DNA of 63,768 nt, counting the filler, from Phoronis australis (lineage: Eukaryota; Animalia; Phoronida): NCBI GenBank assembly GCA_002633005.1. It is 7 parts of 7 records of this genome, joined end to end, with 100 filler letters (N's around TTAATTAATTAA, not from the genome) between each part and the next. Parts side by side here need not be neighbours in the genome. Positions count along the whole stretch, not along the records: positions 1 to 10,589 come from NMRA01001744.1; positions 10,690 to 23,116 come from NMRA01001052.1; 5 more parts are not named here. One strand, 5' to 3'. Below, in pieces: positions 1-11,897 of this stretch; positions within the stretch are counted from its first letter, which is position 1, and every line of letters begins with the position of its first letter. The notes under the pieces were generated by a model, which worked only from the letters and a program-made list of their open reading frames with translations, made no database searches and was not told the DNA's origin. The translations under genes were made by a program, and so were the position numbers.

Positions 1-88
1 CAGACAGCCACGCATGCGCAATTTAATCACCACTAGTACAGCAGCGACACCACGAGGAGAATTCTCCGAATAGCCCCGTTATACACTT

Positions 89-641
89 TGTAGTAATAGC
101 CGAGATTACCCGACCTGGGAATCGAACCAGCGACCCCCATAAAACCGGCAAACGTGCTAACCATTCAGCTATTAGGTAATTGCCCATTAGCGAGTAGCTA
201 ACAGAGGCTCATATATGATTCACCGAAAGCACACCTACAACATTCCCCCCTTTCCTACGGAACAGGCACGCCACCAGAAAGGTGAACACCAGGATGTCTC
301 ACATACAGGTCATCAACGTCATCAACGTCCCTTGGTACCTTTACCACCACAACACAGGTGAACCCAAGGTCGTCTCTCATACAGGTCCTTGCCTCCTGCA
401 ACCTTCCATGCGCGCTGTCCCGAGGTCTGCAGGTACTAGTTGGCAGTGCTTCATCGGTAGATCATCCGTTTTGCCGACTACGGCATTTGTAATTATAGCC
501 GAGATTACCCGATCCGAGAATCGAACCAGCGACCCCCATAAAACCGGCAAGCGTGCTAACCATTCAGCTAATAGGCAATTGCCCGTTAGCGAGTAGTTAA
601 CAGAGGCTCATATATGATTCACCGGAAGCACATCTATAACA
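89..641 (-). mobile_element. TRIM (miniature non-autonomous LTR retrotransposon) with tRNA-derived LTRs
   Basis: Two 154-bp direct repeats (89-242, 488-641) differ at 13 positions by manual alignment and have TG...CA ends. On the minus strand a PBS-like TGCCGTAGTCGGCA (485-472) follows the 5' LTR and a PPT AGGAAAGGGGGGAA (256-243) precedes the 3' LTR. Each LTR contains tRNA-like A and B boxes. No clean TSD. Confidence 0.85.
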
Positions 642-2363
642 CCTATAGGTAAAAAAGGGAGTACAGCCATTACATCATTATATCGAACAGCTGGAAGTCT
701 GGCAAGGTTCGCAATTGGCTCCTGCATGACTTTCAATCTGCCAACATATCTGAGTCAGATAATGAAAGACCAGGATCGAGCCTCAAATTGCAACCAACCA
801 CAGCGATAGCCTCATCAGACTTCCAGTAGTTCTATATAGCGATGTAATGGCAAATGCTATACTCCCTCCTTTACTTATGATGTATTCTTGAGATATGTTC
901 TAAAAGATCGAATTAATAACCTTGCTATGCAGCAGAGGTAGGGTGAGCAAACTCAAATACAAATTTCATCAGAAACACTTGAAAAGAGTGTTAAATGATA
1001 GCCTTAGACATGCCATTTATACAAGTTTTTGAATTTTTCAAATCGGTTCAGCGGTTCTCGAGTTATTTGAATTTTAGAGCCTCAAAAATGGCCTTTTTTT
1101 CAGCAAACGGCACCCAGAAATTTCAGGCCACAGAAAATGGCAAGTTTAGACAACTATATTTGGGAATCCATAGCTCACNAAAAAATGAAATGAACTGTGA
1201 ACTCAAGATAAGTTGTCGCACTAGAAATTTCATGTGAAAATTTCATAGTTTCTTAAGTAGACCAGCTAAATTAGTAAATTTCAAATCAAATATGGACCAG
1301 GTGATCAGTTTTAATGGCATCATTAAAAACAATGATGTTTTAAAATAAATGTTGAAAAGGTACACCCTTGTCGGAAGAAAACACACTGTCACAGACAAGA
1401 CAACAAACAACAGAAATTTACTTGACTCCATTAAGCATTACCTTCTTTACTTTTGGAACTGTGGTGTTCTATATACATAAATATTTCAAATTATCAGCCT
1501 GTTAATGCAACTACATACACGGCTTCCATAACAAAGTCAAGGTAAAAGTTAAGTTTTCAGAAAAATAAACATGTAGTAACACCACTGACTTTTGTTGCAA
1601 ATCAAATCACAAATTAAAGAGTTTTAGTGAATACAGAACTCGTCATTGTATGACAAGGAGGGAGATTGCGGCCAGCATTCGAAATACAAGCTGGCCCGGG
1701 GTCAGTGGATTTGCGGCCGGGGCCAGTGGATTTGCGGCCGTGCCAGTAAACTTTCACATATAGGCCTATCTGGATGCAGCCTCATATTCAAGAACCTAAC
1801 CTGGTGGGCCAGCACATTTATTTGCTGAAGGTCGAACACTGATTGAACCACAGTGATTCAAGATAGAGAAAGAATGACATTTAAAACAGCATCAATCAGC
1901 CTCATCCCTACATGTTTGTTTAAAAAGTTTTGCACTATGTTTGGAAATATTAAGCCAAGTTTGAAGACCCCTGAGCAAGCTTTGAAAAGCTAAAAGCTAT
2001 TTTTTTCTGCTTCACAAGATAAATGGTTAAAATATAGTACTGTGCAGAGTGGTACTTAGCTCAGTTTTTTGCAGTGGAAATGATATTGACATGCTTGAGC
2101 AAGTGAAAACAATATGCAAGCAATAGTTGTTCTTGTGAATTAATAGAAAGAAAATTAGGACACAAAAACATAATGCGGAATTCGCACAATGTTTGAATTT
2201 TTGCTCAAGGAGAACCCTGATCAATAACAAAAACATACATAACTGACCTTAAATAATTTTGCATAAGCAAAACTGATTTCAAAAAACAATATGTTTCTGA
2301 TGAAGCAAGTACATTCAAAATAAAAAATTCTATCATGAACTACAAGACATAAGACACCATTAC

Positions 2364-2531
2364 CATTCATTTTGACATTCCAAGTAAGCAAGAAGCCATC
2401 AGATGTTAGATAAAAGTTTTTGAGATCTTCAGGCATCATACAGGAATGTTTCTGCTCCCAAGTCAGAATTTCGTGGTGCTCTGCGGCTGCTTTATGGTGA
2501 TGACAAACATCCTTCACAGCAGGTCGCAGCA
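2364..2531 (-). CDS. TPGS2: Tubulin polyglutamylase complex subunit 2, coding exon 2 (later exons not located)
   Basis: tttcAG acceptor; encodes ...AAEHHEILTWEQKHSCMMPEDLKNFYLTSDGFLLTWNVKMN, matching the TPGS2 motif WEQKNNCVMPEDVKNFYLMTNGFHMTWSVK; GTAATG donor. Confidence 0.92.
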
Positions 2532-2990
2532 CTGAAACAAAAGCAACAATACAGAAAATAAAATTTCTTTCATGGCAACTGTTTTGAAACCGAGTCCGAC
2601 TTTTTTGTTACAAAAGCGGGAGAGGGATCCAAGAAAATGACGTCCATCAAATTGTTTCAATTTTGAACGACTGTAATGAACAATGTACATGTCATTTGAA
2701 TGTCAGAGTATCAAAACCTTAAGCACTGTTGGGCGAGCTACACTTTGATTAAGTCTCGTGAGAAAAACGCAGATTCATTTGTGAACTGAAAAAGTGAACA
2801 GTAACCTTTCCCAATTTTTACACACGATCCTTTACTAGCTGTGTTGTTACTTTCAGTTACAGTTAGCTAACTGGCTAAACAGCAGGTAGCCAAAATAGAG
2901 TGCGATATCTGGGGACTTCTTGTGATCGTGGGAATTCCAAGAGAATTTCCTGGGCAGATAAACTCAGAGTCAAAGACCCTACTCTATTGT

Positions 2991-3330
2991 GCCTGTTAGC
3001 CAGTAGTTAACAGAGGCCCATATATGATTCACCGGAAGCACATCTACTACAACTATAGGTAAAAAAGGGAGTACAGACATTACATCATTACATCGAACAG
3101 CTGGAACTCTGGCAAGGTTCGCAATTGGCTCCTGCATGACCTTCAATCTGCCAACACATCTGGGTCGGATAATGAAAGACCAGGATCGAGCCTCAAGTTG
3201 CAACCAACCACAGCAATAGCCTCATCAGACTTCCAGTAGTTCTATATAGCGATGTAATGGCAAATTCTACACTCCCTCCGTTACTTATGATGTATTCTAG
3301 AGGTATGATCTAAAGGATCGAATTAATAAC
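2991..3330. repeat. Local duplicate of ~581-920 (partial LTR plus ~280 bp flank) in TPGS2 intron 1
   Basis: Colinear high-identity match from 'gttagc.agtagttaacagagg' to 'gatcgaattaataacct'. Confidence 0.85.
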
Positions 3331-3401
3331 CTCCAGTGGCAGTGCTATCACGCAGATGACGTTCTGCACATTAGACAGTCCTTGTGAGAAAAACAGCGTA
3401 C

Positions 3402-3468
3402 TTAGAGTTTTGATTACACCCAGAGTTAGCTGCTCAAAGTGTTCCTGGATACTTGACAGGCCACTCAT
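3402..3468 (-). CDS. TPGS2: Tubulin polyglutamylase complex subunit 2, coding exon 1
   Basis: MSGLSSIQEHFEQLTLGVIKTL resembles the TPGS2 N-terminus (human HLEKLTLGITRIL). GT donor at 3401-3400, phase 1, compatible with exon 2. Confidence 0.85.
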
Positions 3469-3915
3469 GATTACAGTGGTATAAAAAGAGTGAAAATCTA
3501 CATCAAACAATGGTAAAAGCAATCCAAGCACACAGAGTCAACAACACAGACTCCAAAAATCCGTCGACGGAAATTTACCGCGCCACCTGCTGGTAAATAT
3601 TTGATGTTTGTATTCGATTAACTTTAGGTTTACTTCCATTTTGACTGAAGTTAAAGCATTTAATTGTTATCATGAAAATTGTATTTTTATTTATACAAAA
3701 TTATCAATTTAAAATTGCGGTTAATGTTAATATGTTTCATTCTCTTAAAATTCGTTTGACATATAATCACCGGATGTAAACAGGGAAATTGTCGAATGGT
3801 GCGAAGAGGGAGGTTACAGTTTTCAACTTTCATGTTTTGGTAGACCGTGCTCCTCAGCACCGTCCGGTTTTGTTTTGTGAATGGCACCATCATTGAAGAT
3901 TTGTTAGACTACAGC
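3469..3915. promoter_or_regulatory. Putative bidirectional promoter/5'UTR region between TPGS2 and STYX, with a CTCF-like motif at 3580-3593
   Basis: Divergent start codons at 3468 (-) and 3916 (+). GCGCCACCTGCTGG reads CCAGCAGGTGGCGC on the minus strand. Confidence 0.6.
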
Positions 3916-3969
3916 ATGGAATCTTTAACTTTCCCCCCAGTCCCTTTCAACATTGAAGATTCCGAATCT
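3916..3969 (+). CDS. STYX: STYX pseudophosphatase exon 1
   Basis: MESLTFPPVPFNIEDSES (cf. human MEDVKLEFPSLPQCKEDAE), GTAAGT donor. Confidence 0.85.
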
Positions 3970-5403
3970 GTAAGTGATCGTCTGTCTCACTCAGTTCTCT
4001 CTGACTAGGTTAGGTAGAATAAACAGGCTGATTTTTACATTGCGCTCTGTGGAAAACCAGCATTATAAGGCACTGGCGGGAGATGTCCTTGATTTATTTA
4101 GAAAACCAGTTTCATCCATTGAATGACGGATCAAAGGCAAAGGGCCACGACATTCAATAGTTGCCATGATCTCTAAATAATGCAGAGACCTGCCATATCC
4201 TAACCCCAAGGCATAAAATGAAGGTTTTTCTTAAAAATAACATGCATATGCTGAAAACAGCGCTTGATTCAGCTACTCAGACATTGTCCACTAATCACAA
4301 CACTGTTAGGGAACCAGGAAATCATTGAATCAGGTCCGTTAGGATAAGAGTTGCCTGAAGAATTAAGATGTTTGATTTCATTTGAAACAAAGCCAGTGAT
4401 AACAGTGTGTCCAGCATATACCCCGTGAAGCCCCTAAGTTCATTTCATAATCAAAATAGCAAAATAATTGCAGGCGGTCTGGTACAACATGTACCAGCCC
4501 TGCGCAGGTCACTCAGGTGGGCCCATTGCACTGATTACCTGGAACCATTTTCATGCTTTATTAATGTGTAAAAGCAGAGCTGTCCTTGAATATAAAAAGC
4601 AAACGCTTATCCCAGTTGGCCACACTACCTCCTCTGAGCAAGAAACAAAGTACCTGAAAATATACAAATAAGTTCAAGTTACAGAGGTTATTTCTGTAAA
4701 TTATTTTTAGACTATGATGTGCTTATAATAACTTGGCTCAAGTCTTGTTTAGTAATTGAGGAGAAGTGGTAGCGTAAGACCAAATTTCTGTCTTTTAAGG
4801 CTTAAGTCTTAAGTCACGTTTCATGAAACAGTCCCCAGACCAAGATTTGTCCACCTCATCGAAGTTTTATCACACACGCTAACGATTATGTCAAAGATGA
4901 AAGAAGTAGTTACAAATCTTATCAAACTACGAGTTCTGTTTTTAAAAATTGCTGCACTATTTGCTTACAAAAAATTCTACAAAAAGTCAAGATTTTCCAT
5001 GACAGTTTTGCCACCTTTGGAGATCTCTCATTGCAACCTGATTCAGGCTGGCTAAAACCTGATCTGACATTTCCAAATAGCAACTTGATTTTGTAAACTG
5101 TTTCTCTGTCCACTTCAAGTATAACGTTTGCCTTTTTTCGTAAAGCAGTAGTACATCTACTGCACAGCATTGGAAATTTGGTGGCATTGTAAAGCAGGAA
5201 AGGTGTTAAAACGTTGTTTTCTCGTCCGCATTACATGGGATCTGTAGGTGCTGAATGTCTGTCCACCAAAGACCTGATCGCCATCTGGCGGGATAATGAA
5301 TTTCAATATTGCACAGCTATTTCGAAAGTCAGCTATTGTTGCAAGTTTTCTTCTGTTACTGAACTAAAATACTTGTATTTAATTGTAAGTATTTCTACTG
5401 CAG

Positions 5404-5490
5404 GACTGGTCTTATGTGATGCGTCGTGAGATGCAGGAGATAGTACCAGGGGTCTTCCTTGGCCCCTACGCAGCAGCCAACAAGTCAAAG
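5404..5490 (+). CDS. STYX: STYX exon 2
   Basis: CAG acceptor; DWSYVMRREMQEIVPGVFLGPYAAANKSK; GT donor. Confidence 0.95.
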
Positions 5491-6372
5491 GTATCATCAT
5501 AATAATGTAAAATGAAATGGATGTTCCATTAACGTCAGAATTGGTCTTCTAAATTGTTTTCATAAACTGATAAACTTCATTGTTCTAGATAACCTTTTTA
5601 AATGGAGTAACCATGTGTTCATGTAAGTTGTCTTGAATGGATAGCGGTGTTTTCCACAACCTGTTTTGACTTGTCACTGCATCGATTAGGCAAATTAACA
5701 AATATAATTATAAATATGATGAGGATCATTACTGACAGATATCAAAATTACAAAAGATAATTTCTGAGGTATAACAAAATAATACATAGAATAATGACCA
5801 GTCTAACTACAAATAATTTAAACAGTATTATGAAAAAATACAGAGTGGCTATATCGATGAGACTGTTAAGTAATTAAAATTAAAATTTGCTATTAAAAGT
5901 GAAAGTGGATACTATATCTATTAGAAAGTTTAAGCGTTTGAAAACTATGCATTTATTAGATGACAAGGTTCTACAGTTTGATGCACTGAATTTGATTTAC
6001 ATAAACGAATTAAGAAAAATTATGAGGGATTAAAAACTAAGGCACAATTCTTAAATTTTCGTAAAATTGTGTCCTTCTGTTGTTAAAGAGATAAAGTAAG
6101 TTGGAATGTTTATCAATTTGAAGTCTAAATACTTATGTGTTGTTTTTCAATGTCTGCACTGAAATCCACTCTGTCACAGAACCCGATCTAAAAACTTGTA
6201 ATTCAAGAATTCTGGAAAAATCACTTGAATTTTTTTCCTGATGGTAGGGGAGCCATGTGTGTTTTTCTTCAGAAGTTTCCAATTATATTTTTTCGCATCA
6301 TGATCTTTTCCTGGATGTATGATAGTGTCCAATACCTAGTAACAAAGACCTGCTTTGCTATTCTGTTTTCAG

Positions 6373-6470
6373 TTCAACTATTTGAAAGAAAACGGCATCA
6401 CTCATGTCATTTGTATTCGCCATGTGATGGAGGCAAACTTTATAAAACCAAATTTTACCAATGACTTCAG
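6373..6470 (+). CDS. STYX: STYX exon 3
   Basis: FNYLKENGITHVICIRHVMEANFIKPNFTNDF(R); ttttcAG acceptor and GTGAGT donor. Confidence 0.95.
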
Positions 6471-6834
6471 GTGAGTTTTAAGCAAACGAATGCGGTTCAA
6501 TTACCGTATTTTCATTTAGAATCAAGCTACTATTTGTGAAAATCTGTTATTTACTTTTGCATCATTTACATTATTTTCGTAGCTGTGCATCTTTGTTACA
6601 ATTAGCATTTTTCTTTGATAGGAACTTAGCTTTTTAGACAATACATGCATTTTCATGTGCTCCAAATACCATGGTTTGTTTTTTATTCATTATTTTATAG
6701 TACCTTTTGGTGTTTTGCAGTTGCTTTCAAGCTCATAACTATGGACATATCATCCTAAATTAAAGAAATATTATAATTGTAAATTTTTACTGAATTCATT
6801 TTATACAAAAAGATTTATGTGTCATTTATTATAG

Positions 6835-6932
6835 GTACCTTGTCCTTGAGATATCCGACTCATTAACAGAGAACATAATTCAACATTTTCCACAAGTCAG
6901 TCAGTTCGTGGATGGATGCCTAGAGTGTGGTG
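6835..6932 (+). CDS. STYX: STYX exon 4
   Basis: YLVLEISDSLTENIIQHFPQVSQFVDGCLECG; AG acceptor and GTAAGA donor; phases consistent. Confidence 0.95.
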
Positions 6933-7712
6933 GTAAGAATTATGGCAAAAATTACTTACAAAGTGAGAAGAGAAGAAGCCATATACGTTGTTCCGTCAAA
7001 AACTTTTGATTTAGACAATTAAACATTATGAAACTGATCTCGACTAGTTTCTTACTAAGGTTAGAGGTAATCTCTGTGCTTGTGCAGGGCCCTCAATTCC
7101 TCATTATTCGGCCCCATATCCCTCTGAAAAATATTGAAAAATCATGCAAAATTCCTCTCACGAGGCCCAAAAAGTGATTGAAAAATTCTCCTTGAGGTTC
7201 AAATCACCTGTAACTCACACTGGTAACAATTTGAAAGAGCACAAAATGTTAATTTTGGCTACTTGAGGCAGAGGCTATGGGGGCTTGCATCAGGGTGGGG
7301 GGTGCTACTGATGGTGATCGGGAGGTAGAATTTTCCCCGACCGGGCCCAAATATCCCCTCTCAGAAGGTGGAGGTACCTCTCCACTCGGACGAATGATGG
7401 CCCTGTTGTAAAGAACTGACGGCTCATTATTGCGTGAAATGAGGATGAACAAGTTGGCGGGTCATTTTATGCACTGGACATAACGAAAGAGAAATGAAAT
7501 TTGTTCAACTGGACTTCTGTACTCATGTCAAGAATTGTACGATGACACTTGGCTTACCACAAAATTCAACTACTGTCTGGTGGTTTGGTTCTTAACTAAA
7601 ACCCTATCTGTGCAACTGTCAGGTTTTCAGTACTTGAACTTTCCTTGATTTTTCTAAGGAAACATATGGGAGTCACTCATTAACATTGTTTTCTTTTTTG
7701 CTTAATCTTTAG

Positions 7713-7752
7713 GTAAAGTTCTTGTGCATGGAAATGCTGGTATTTCACGTAG
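7713..7752 (+). CDS. STYX: STYX exon 5 (inactive P-loop VHGNAGISRS)
   Basis: KVLVHGNAGISR(S): Gly replaces the catalytic Cys of HCx5R, the diagnostic STYX change; GTAAGT donor. Confidence 0.95.
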
Positions 7753-8442
7753 GTAAGTAATCAATCATCAGTCATCTTGCTACTATGCGGCAGACAGGCT
7801 CTGAGAAAGCATCCACAGTTGTCTCACTGTTTGAAGCAAGTGGTCATTGTGTTTCTTCGCAGTGATTTCATGTATGACACTGCAAATGTCAACACCACGA
7901 ATTACATTGTAGCAATTTCCTAAGTGTCTGCCATGGTGTTAAAGCTATATTTTGCCGTGCTTAGCTGGCTAAAAATAAAAATGAAATGGGGCCTTCTACT
8001 CTGAGACTCAGAAATTGATCTCGTAATATTCCGTACTGTGATAAGATTCCATTTCTGTTGGATGTAAAGTTTTTAAAGAATTTCAGTATCACAAAATTAC
8101 AACAAACCTAGGTCTGGCATTTTTTATGGTGTGAGGTAAGAAATGCCCGTTTCTACAAAATAAGGGTTTATACAGCACGAGACAAAAGTAACCATATAAA
8201 TACTGTTTTCCCATCATGTTAGCTAATTGTGCTAATACTTATTAGGTGGAAAAATTCTAATTGCAAAAAGACTTGGACACCGTACTAACTTTTCTGTTAA
8301 TTCCACTTCATTATCAGTCATGAGAGAAGACCAAGCTGACGATGAATTCGGCTTCTGCTCAGCTGTCACTTAGTCTGAATACTTTTGGCTTGTACTGTAT
8401 TTTGTACGTTTTGCTAACACCTGTTCTTCTTTGTATTTACAG

Positions 8443-8493
8443 TGCTGCTTTAGTCATTGCATATATTATGGAAAAATATGGACTCCCATACAG
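8443..8493 (+). CDS. STYX: STYX exon 6
   Basis: AALVIAYIMEKYGLPY(R); branch-point-like CTAAC and pyrimidine tract upstream; GT donor. Confidence 0.93.
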
Positions 8494-9826
8494 GTGGGTG
8501 TGTGGTTACGCGGGAAATTTGTTTATTGTTACCGTAGTCTAAGAGGCGATGATAAGTTTTAGAATTTGTATTTTGTGACTGCTTTTCTTACACTTTCCTC
8601 ACAAAAGTACATTTTGTGCCATGTCCAAAAGTAGGGCGATTCTCCTGTAAATATTTGGGTCATTTCTGCTACCTTACTTAAAGATTGGTAAAATAGCACG
8701 AGGGACAGATCCTCTTGATAAGTGTACAACTAGACTGATCAGTTGCACAGAAAATACACAATTTTTCAACAAAACTTGAATGGTATGCTATGCACACCTG
8801 CCACCTTTCCTATTGCCTGCAATACTCCACCTGTTGTCATTTCTTTTTGCAGACATAGGTCAAATCTAACCATGCGACCACTAGAACCTTTAATGGGCCG
8901 AGGATTACAATTTTGCACAAAGAGATTTACATCTTATTTATGAAACTGAACACGATACTGACCATGTGTGCCAACTTGTTTAGAACATAAGCCACCAAAG
9001 CTTTGGTACCTTTCTTGGTGACTTATTTTCAAAATGGTACTGATTTTAATAGCTTTTAAAACATTTTACTATCATTTTGCTTGTCAGCTTCTTATTAATG
9101 AACTGAGATGTTAGATTTATAGGACCTTGCTGTCAAATCTGTGTATTTACCCACATCTCTACAAAAGATTTCCACTCTGTAAAAGTTGAAACCCTGTAGA
9201 ATTTATTTTTTACTCTTTACCATTCTGCCACTTATTGGGTCACGTGACCATGTCTTTGTATTGAATTTATAAAAACAAAAGGCGCATTGATTGCATAGCA
9301 ACAGTATCATTAAGATGGACAAACTTTAGTTTACATAAGTGATCAAGATGAGATCTCAAAAACGCTGTTGTACACATGGTCTCAACCATAAATGAAATTT
9401 CAGTTTGTCAGGTCCAGGAACTGCTAGTCTGAGTAAGCTGTAAGTTGAAGCCAGTTTTATGACAGTAACTCATCGATATAAAAAATAATATTGTTTAACT
9501 GAAGGCTGGTACATGTCAACTTTAAATGAACGGGCTTTTTCTTATTGTTTTTTAAAAAAACATGGGAAAGACTCTTACCTGAACTAATTTTTGTTGGTGC
9601 AATTTTTGCTCATGCATCATCTCACTGTTCATTTTAAAAGTAACAACAGTTAAAATAAAAATTAGTTTGTCATCCTACAATCATGTAGATTTCTGACAAA
9701 AAACATACAAGTTCGGCATCATGGTTGTTTTCAACTTTGACGTTCAAGAAACCTTTTTTGTGTTAAGAAATAGAATATGTAATCTGTTGTGCTCTAAATT
9801 AATCTTGTTGTGGTTTGTTATTTTAG

Positions 9827-9899
9827 AGAAGCACTTAGAATCGTACAGGCCAAGCGATTTTGCGTCTTCCCTAACGAAGGTTTTGCCCGTCAACTTTTG
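9827..9899 (+). CDS. STYX: STYX exon 7 (gene cut off by contig end at 10589)
   Basis: EALRIVQAKRFCVFPNEGFARQLL (cf. human VQERRFCINPNAGFVHQL); GTAAGT donor. Confidence 0.93.
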
Positions 9900-10589
9900 G
9901 TAAGTTATTGCTTCAATTGATATTTCCACATACAGATGCCAATGTGCTAAAAGTAAAGTAATCCATGAATTTCATTGTGAATTCGGGCAAATGCATTTTT
10001 ATGAACGTGACTTCAGATGACAAATTTTGGACAAGGTTTCTGACTACCACTGTACCCCTAGTGGCAGTTTTATTTTTTTCGATCTTGGTAGGTGTGTTCC
10101 TATTGAGGAGAGCATTGCCTACATGCTCTGCACCCTCTAGAGGCTATTTTAAATTCGGTAGCATTGCTCCCTTTAGTGGGAATGTTTGAAATAGTAACCG
10201 TCCTTTTTATCTGCAGCACATGCAATGCACAGAGTGAGAATATCAACACTACATGTTGCTTTTGTTTTACTGTGGTCGTAATGGTGCTTATAGAAGTTAA
10301 TTTTTACTTCTATGTGGTAGATAATTATTTTTGCATGTTATACATCAAAATGAATTGTTATCTTTGATCTGGGGAAAATACTCTAAGCCATAAGTCCTTA
10401 CATTCTCTGAACAGTATAACAGAGAAAATACAATTAGTTTACCAGGAAGGCCTGTAAAATGCCAAAGAAATTCCCATGACCTCACCATGATTGTGAAAAA
10501 AAAAATAAAAACACTGTTTTGTCCTTTAATAATTACTAGTTTGAAGTTGGTGATGTTTTAAACATCAAAGCCACTTACTTACTTCGCAC

Positions 10590-10689
10590 NNNNNNNNNNN
10601 NNNNNNNNNNNNNNNNNNNNNNNNNNNNNNNNNTTAATTAATTAANNNNNNNNNNNNNNNNNNNNNNNNNNNNNNNNNNNNNNNNNNNN
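10590..10689. other. Artificial contig linker
   Basis: N44 + TTAATTAATTAA (stops in all frames) + N44; the same structure occurs six times. Confidence 0.98.
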
Positions 10690-10789
10690 GGTTAATTTAT
10701 TTGACCCTGTGCTAAGACGAATATGCATCGACACGCAAAGTGGTATCAGCCTGACAACCTATTACGCAACTGCTACTCTAGCCTAAAAA

Positions 10790-10965
10790 TAGCAGCCGAC
10801 CAGCTGGTCGGCTGATGGCCGGTCGGCTGAAGGGTCGGCTGGGGAGTCGCCTTATGAGTCGGCACTGCGGGCGGCTGCCGGTCGGCTAATTTTTAGCCGA
10901 CCGGTCGGCAAATTAGACGACCGGTCGACGGCTAGTCGTCGACCAATTTCCGACCGGGCGGCCAA
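10790..10965. repeat. GC-rich palindromic short-motif cluster (GCCGACC/GGTCGGC), probably transposon subterminal repeats
   Basis: Repeated ggtcggctg, gccgaccggtcggc and gaccggtc motifs in both orientations. Confidence 0.5.
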
Positions 10966-11897
10966 AAATTCGTGATGTGTGCTGTACTTCCGAAGTCAGA
11001 CTCAGATGGTTTCAATTCCGTATCAACCACAGGTTTATCGGTACAAATTCTTATTGAAAGAAAATATATGTAGGTCTTGGCGTTCTTTCTGTGACAAACA
11101 CGAAGGAACAATTGTACATTTGTATTGAGAATGTTCACTTGTTTAGAGGTTTGGGGGATGTTTAAAATTAAAGATGATAAATCAGTGAAATTTCACTCTA
11201 CAGTTATAAATGTCTACCTTGTTGTTTGGAAATCTAACCTGTAGATTAGAAGTTGTAAATTTAATTTTTGCTTACCGAAATTTCACTTATATAGGCCAAG
11301 ACTGCAAAAAGCTAAGCCTTTATTTTCAGTTATTTTTACGTGAGGTACTGCCACGACCTGGAAAAAATATTTACAATTGTAAATTGGATCCTGAGAGATT
11401 CCATGCAAGGTGGTCTTCTTAATTGCCTAGCAACAAGCTTTTATAGGGTTCGATAATGTTCGAAATTTGTTTGATGTCCTTGAATAGATTTTTTTTGCTG
11501 TACAACTATGCACTGGGTGTGAGAAATAATAAAGTTTCTTTCGAAAAAAGAAGATCTACCAACCCAACATTCTCAAGGAGCACATCTAACTATATAAAAT
11601 AAACCCTTTATTGTCGTAGGCCCTCGTTAGCACAAACTGAAAATTTTGCATGTATTGCCTCTCTCTCAACACTGTTGAGAGAGAGGCAATACATGTGTAT
11701 CTTGGTGTTTTGTTCTGCAGGGGGAGCTGTAAATCTGGGAAAAGCTAGTTTCGAACACAACGTGTGTGTCGTGAGTTTTTAAAAGGCGGATCCTAACTGT
11801 CTTAAGAGCCCAATTAGGTTCTGATAAGAATTTCCGTGACAGAGGATGATAAGAAATCATCCGTTTCCGGTTTTGTAACAGTACTTGAAAGTGTCAG

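Noticed and set aside
1415-1470. Possible TPGS2 exon 3 (tatAG acceptor near 1469, minus strand)
   Set aside because: The phase-compatible frame gives EHHSSKSKE with no TPGS2 similarity, and the more plausible-looking frame is out of phase.
7085-7405. CAGGGCC...GGCCCTG hAT-like MITE in a STYX intron, and ORF 7249-7452
   Set aside because: Only a 7-bp TIR match and no 8-bp TSD; the ORF has no recognisable homology.
10634-10645. TTAATTAATTAA palindrome recurring six times
   Set aside because: Always centred in 88 Ns, so it is a synthetic linker. Adjacency across linkers has no biological meaning.
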